Below are positions 57,901-64,000 of a stretch of DNA of 64,000 nucleotides, in pieces. Within the stretch, counting starts at the first letter, position 1. Every line of letters starts with the position of its first letter. The stretch is from Auanema rhodensis (taxonomy: Eukaryota; Animalia; Nematoda). The position numbers and the translations under genes were made by a program. The notes under the pieces are model-generated. The model was given only the letters and a program-made list of their open reading frames with translations, did not search any database and was not told the origin of the DNA. The DNA is taken from the NCBI GenBank assembly GCA_964057225.1, contig OZ059900.1, forward strand, positions 17,298,001 through 17,362,000. Direction: 5' to 3'.

Positions 57901-59800
57901 TTTACATGCTGAACACTAGAAAAATACAAAAACACAGTATTTCCCATGAGAAATATTTTATTATGCTGGAAAACCAGTTTTTGGAAATTTCGCTGTAAAC
58001 AAGGTTTTGACTTACGATTTCATGTGTTCAAACTCATGCAATGTCAATGAAACCTAGCTCAAAATTGTTCGTACAACGTCTAGTTCCACTTTCACGACAA
58101 AAAAACAGGGGTTAGAAAATTAAGGAAATTAGCATATTCTGAGGGCACGCCCCTTATGGCTAATATTGATTAAATCGATTTTTGTTCATATGAGTCGTCA
58201 AATGCAACGAATTTCAGCGTGTTACATACTAAAATGAAGCATTTTACATGCTGAACACTAGAAAAATACAAAAACACAGTATTTCCCATGAGAAATATTT
58301 TATTATGCTGGAAAACCAGTTTTTGGAAATTTCGCTGTAAACAAGGTTTTGACTTACGATTTCATGTGTTCAAACTCATGCAATGTCAATGAAACCTAGC
58401 TCAAAATTGTTCGTACAACGTCTAGTTCCACTTTCACGACAAAAAAACAGGGGTTAGAAAATTAAGGAAATTAGCATATTCTGAGGGCACGCCCCTTATG
58501 GCTAATATTGATTAAATCGATTTTTGTTCATATGAGTCGTCAAATGCAACGAATTTCAGCATGTTACATACTAAAATGAAGCATTTTACATGCTGAACAC
58601 TAGAAAAATACAAAAACACAGTATTTCCCATGAGAAATATTTTATTATGCTGGAAAACCAGTTTTTGGAAATTTCGCTGTAAACAAGGTTTTGACTTACG
58701 ATTTCATGTGTTCAAACTCATGCAATGTCAATGAAACCTAGCTCAAAATTGTTCGTACAACGTCTAGTTCCACTTTCACGACAAAAAAACAGGGGTTAGA
58801 AAATTAAGGAAATTAGCATATTCTGAGGGCACGCCCCTTATGGCTAATATTGATTAAATCGATTTTTGTTCATATGAGTCGTCAAATGCAACGAATTTCA
58901 GCGTGTTACATACTAAAATGAAGCATTTTACATGCTGAACACTAGAAAAATACAAAAACACAGTATTTCCCATGAGAAATATTTTATTATGCTGGAAAAC
59001 CAGTTTTTGGAAATTTCGCTGTAAACAAGGTTTTGACTTACGATTTCATGTGTTCAAACTCATGGAATGTCAATGAAACCTAGCTCAAAATTGTTCGTAC
59101 AACGTCTAGTTCCACTTTCACGACAAAAAAACAGGGGTTAGAAAATTAAGGAAATTAGCATATTCTGAGGGCACGCCCCTTATGGCTAATATTGATTAAA
59201 TCGATTTTTGTTCATATGAGTCGTCAAATGCAACGAATTTCAGCATGTTACATACTAAAATGAAGCATTTTACATGCTGAACACTAGAAAAATACAAAAA
59301 CACAGTATTTCCCATGAGAAATATTTTATTATGCTGGAAAACCAGTTTTTGGAAATTTCGCTGTAAACAAGGTTTTGACTTACGATTTCATGTGTTCAAA
59401 CTCATGCAATGTCAATGAAACCTAGCTCAAAATTGTTCGTACAACGTCTAGTTCCACTTTCACGACAAAAAAACAAGGGTTAGAAAATTAAGGAAATTAG
59501 CATATTCTGAGGGCACGCCCCTTATGGCTAATATTGATTAAATCGATTTTTGTTCATATGAGTCGTCAAATGCAACGAATTTCAGCGTGTTACATACTAA
59601 AATGAAGCATTTTACATGCTGAACACTAGAAAAATACAAAAACACAGTATTTCCCATGAGAAATATTTTATTATGCTGGAAAACCAGTTTTTGGAAATTT
59701 CGCTGTAAACAAGGTTTTGACTTACGATTTCATGTGTTCAAACTCATGCAATGTCAATGAAACCTAGCTCAAAATTGTTCGTACAACGTCTAGTTCCACT
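55000..59800 (-). repeat. 8-monomer higher-order repeat (2736 bp) built from 2- and 3-mer subunits
   Basis: CATGGAATG at 56329/59065. CAGCATG marker at 55825/58561 and 56509/59245. Confidence 0.78.
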
Positions 59801-60949
59801 TTCACGACAAAAAAACAAGGGTTAGAAAATTAAGGAAATTAGCATATTCTGAGGGCACGCCCCTTATGGCTAATATTGATTAAATCGATTTTTGTTCATA
59901 TGAGTCGTCAAATGCAACGAATTTCAGCGTGTTACATACTAAAATGAAGCATTTTACATGCTGAACACTAGAAAAATACAAAAACACAGTATTTCCCATG
60001 AGAAATATTTTATTATGCTGGAAAACCAGTTTTTGGAAATTTCGCTGTAAACAAGGTTTTGACTTACGATTTCATGTGTTCAAACTCATGCAATGTCAAT
60101 GAAACCTAGCTCAAAATTGTTCGTACAACGTCTAGTTCCACTTTCACGACAAAAAAACAGGGGTTAGAAAATTAAGGAAATTAGCATATTCTGAGGGCAC
60201 GCCCCTTATGGCTAATATTGATTAAATCGATTTTTGTTCATATGAGTCGTCAAATGCAACGAATTTCAGCGTGTTACATACTAAAATGAAGCATTTTACA
60301 TGCTGAACACTAGAAAAATACAAAAACACAGTATTTCCCATGAGAAATATTTTATTATGCTGGAAAACCAGTTTTTGGAAATTTCGCTGTAAACAAGGTT
60401 TTGACTTACGATTTCATGTGTTCAAACTCATGCAATGTCAATGAAACCTAGCTCAAAATTGTTCGTACAACGTCTAGTTCCACTTTCACGACAAAAAAAC
60501 AGGGGTTAGAAAATTAAGGAAATTAGCATATTCTGAGGGCACGCCCCTTATGGCTAATATTGATTAAATCGATTTTTGTTCATATGAGTCGTCAAATGCA
60601 ACGAATTTCAGCGTGTTACATACTAAAATGAAGCATTTTACATGCTGAACACTAGAAAAATACAAAAACACAGTATTTCCCATGAGAAATATTTTATTAT
60701 GCTGGAAAACCAGTTTTTGGAAATTTCGCTGTAAACAAGGTTTTGACTTACGATTTCATGTGTTCAAACTCATGCAATGTCAATGAAACCTAGCTCAAAA
60801 TTGTTCGTACAACGTCTAGTTCCACTTTCACGACAAAAAAACAGGGGTTAGAAAATTAAGGAAATTAGCATATTCTGAGGGCACGCCCCTTATGGCTAAT
60901 ATTGATTAAATCGATTTTTGTTCATATGAGTCGTCAAATGCAACGAATT

Positions 60950-63900
60950 TCAGCATGTTACATACTAAAATGAAGCATTTTACATGCTGAACACTAGAAA
61001 AATACAAAAACACAGTATTTCCCATGAGAAATATTTTATTATGCTGGAAAACCAGTTTTTGGAAATTTCGCTGTAAACAAGGTTTTGACTTACGATTTCA
61101 TGTGTTCAAACTCATGCAATGTCAATGAAACCTAGCTCAAAATTGTTCGTACAACGTCTAGTTCCACTTTCACGACAAAAAAACAAGGGTTAGAAAATTA
61201 AGGAAATTAGCATATTCTGAGGGCACGCCCCTTATGGCTAATATTGATTAAATCGATTTTTGTTCATATGAGTCGTCAAATGCAACGAATTTCAGCGTGT
61301 TACATACTAAAATGAAGCATTTTACATGCTGAACACTAGAAAAATACAAAAACACAGTATTTCCCATGAGAAATATTTTATTATGCTGGAAAACCAGTTT
61401 TTGGAAATTTCGCTGTAAACAAGGTTTTGACTTACGATTTCATGTGTTCAAACTCATGCAATGTCAATGAAACCTAGCTCAAAATTGTTCGTACAACGTC
61501 TAGTTCCACTTTCACGACAAAAAAACAGGGGTTAGAAAATTAAGGAAATTAGCATATTCTGAGGGCACGCCCCTTATGGCTAATATTGATTAAATCGATT
61601 TTTGTTCATATGAGTCGTCAAATGCAACGAATTTCAGCGTGTTACATACTAAAATGAAGCATTTTACATGCTGAACACTAGAAAAATACAAAAACACAGT
61701 ATTTCCCATGAGAAATATTTTATTATGCTGGAAAACCAGTTTTTGGAAATTTCGCTGTAAACAAGGTTTTGACTTACGATTTCATCTGTTCAAACTCATG
61801 CAATGTCAATGAAACCTAGCTCAAAATTGTTCGTACAACGTCTAGTTCCACTTTCACGACAAAAAAACAGGGGTTAGAAAATTAAGGAAATTAGCATATT
61901 CTGAGGGCACGCCCCTTATGGCTAATATTGATTAAATCGATTTTTGTTCATATGAGTCGTCAAATGCAACGAATTTCAGCGTGTTACATACTAAAATGAA
62001 GCATTTTACATGCTGAACACTAGAAAAATACAGAAACACAGTATTTCCCATGAGAAATATTTTATTATGCTGGAAAACCAGTTTTTGGAAATTTCGCTGT
62101 AAACAAGGTTTTGACTTACGATTTCATGTGTTCAAACTCATGCAATGTCAATGAAACCTAGCTCAAAATTGTTCGTACAACGTCTAGTTCCACTTTCACG
62201 ACAAAAAAACAAGGGTTAGAAAATTAAGGAAATTAGCATATTCTGAGGGCACGCCCTTTATGGCTAATATTGATTAAATCGATTTTTGTTCATATGAGTC
62301 GTCAAATGCAACGAATTTCAGCATGTTACATACTAAAATGAAGCATTTTACATGCTGAACACTAGAAAAATACAAAAACACAGTATTTCCCATGAGAAAT
62401 ATTTTATTATGCTGGAAAACCAGTTTTTGGAAATTTCGCTGTAAACAAGGTTTTGACTTACGATTTCATGTGTTCAAACTCATGCAATGTCAATGAAACC
62501 TAGCTCAAAATTGTTCGTACAACGTCTAGTTCCACTTTCACGACAAAAAAACAGGGGTTAGAAAATTAAGGAAATTAGCATATTCTGAGGGCACGCCCCT
62601 TATGGCTAATATTGATTAAATCGATTTTTGTTCATATGAGTCGTCAAATGCAACGAATTTCAGCATGTTACATACTAAAATGAAGCATTTTACATGCTGA
62701 ACACTAGAAAAATACAAAAACACAGTATTTCCCATGAGAAATATTTTATTATGCTGGAAAACCAGTTTTTGGAAATTTCGCTGTAAACAAGGTTTTGACT
62801 TACGATTTCATGTGTTCAAACTCATGCAATGTCAATGAAACCTAGCTCAAAATTGTTCGTACAACGTCTAGTTCCACTTTCACGACAAAAAAACAAGGGT
62901 TAGAAAATTAAGGAAATTAGCATATTCTGAGGGCACGCCCCTTATGGCTAATATTGATTAAATCGATTTTTGTTCATATGAGTCGTCAAATGCAACGAAT
63001 TTCAGCGTGTTACATACTAAAATGAAGCATTTTACATGCTGAACACTAGAAAAATACAAAAACACAGTATTTCCCATGAGAAATATTTTATTATGCTGGA
63101 AAACCAGTTTTTGGAAATTTCGCTGTAAACAAGGTTTTGACTTACGATTTCATCTGTTCAAACTCATGCAATGTCAATGAAACCTAGCTCAAAATTGTTC
63201 GTACAACGTCTAGTTCCACTTTCACGACAAAAAAACAGGGGTTAGAAAATTAAGGAAATTAGCATATTCTGAGGGCACGCCCCTTATGGCTAATATTGAT
63301 TAAATCGATTTTTGTTCATATGAGTCGTCAAATGCAACGAATTTCAGCGTGTTACATACTAAAATGAAGCATTTTACATGCTGAACACTAGAAAAATACA
63401 GAAACACAGTATTTCCCATGAGAAATATTTTATTATGCTGGAAAACCAGTTTTTGGAAATTTCGCTGTAAACAAGGTTTTGACTTACGATTTCATGTGTT
63501 CAAACTCATGCAATGTCAATGAAACCTAGCTCAAAATTGTTCGTACAACGTCTAGTTCCACTTTCACGACAAAAAAACAAGGGTTAGAAAATTAAGGAAA
63601 TTAGCATATTCTGAGGGCACGCCCTTTATGGCTAATATTGATTAAATCGATTTTTGTTCATATGAGTCGTCAAATGCAACGAATTTCAGCATGTTACATA
63701 CTAAAATGAAGCATTTTACATGCTGAACACTAGAAAAATACAAAAACACAGTATTTCCCATGAGAAATATTTTATTATGCTGGAAAACCAGTTTTTGGAA
63801 ATTTCGCTGTAAACAAGGTTTTGACTTACGATTTCATGTGTTCAAACTCATGCAATGTCAATGAAACCTAGCTCAAAATTGTTCGTACAACGTCTAGTTC
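60950..63900 (-). repeat. 4-monomer higher-order repeat (1368 bp), ~2 copies
   Basis: TTCATCTG at 61786/63154, TACAGAAAC at 62033/63401 and GCCCTTTA at 62257/63625. Confidence 0.88.
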
Positions 63901-64000
63901 CACTTTCACGACAAAAAAACAGGGGTTAGAAAATTAAGGAAATTAGCATATTCTGAGGGCACGCCCCTTATGGCTAATATTGATTAAATCGATTTTTGTT

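Larger units (their letters stand above)
9180..64000 (-). repeat. Tandem satellite array, same 342-bp monomer in reverse-complement orientation, ~160 copies (highly homogeneous)
   Basis: AGTTCCACTTTCACGACAAAAAAACAGGGGTTAG is the reverse complement of the left-array CTAACCCCTGTTTTTTTGTCGTGAAAGTGGAACT. Period is 342 (lines 9181, 12601, 16021, 19441 and 22861 share phase). Monomers mostly carry 0-3 substitutions and there is no foreign insertion. Confidence 0.99.

Noticed and set aside
1-64000. CRISPR array or other repeat-spacer system
   Set aside because: Units are full-length tandem copies with no unique spacers and no cas genes.

Overview
The window is entirely one AT-rich (~34% GC by hand count) tandem satellite with a 342-bp monomer, apart from a 200-N assembly gap at 8980-9179. 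About 26 monomers (1-8979) lie in one orientation. About 160 monomers (9180-64000) lie in the reverse-complement orientation. I found no credible protein-coding gene, RNA gene, transposon insertion or CRISPR array; all listed ORFs are gap artefacts or satellite by-products. The array looks like eukaryotic (peri)centromeric or heterochromatic satellite DNA, but I cannot name the family or host from sequence alone. The informative structure is in the SNP pattern: nested higher-order repeats (2-, 4-, 5-, 7-, 8-, 9-, 12- and 21-mers), an older block recurring 78 monomers away, and distinct variant domains. The monomer itself is rich in short dyad symmetries and ~10-bp phased A/T tracts, and may be an ancient ~171-bp dimer. 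I see no evidence for a novel gene-based system. All counts and offsets were made by eye.
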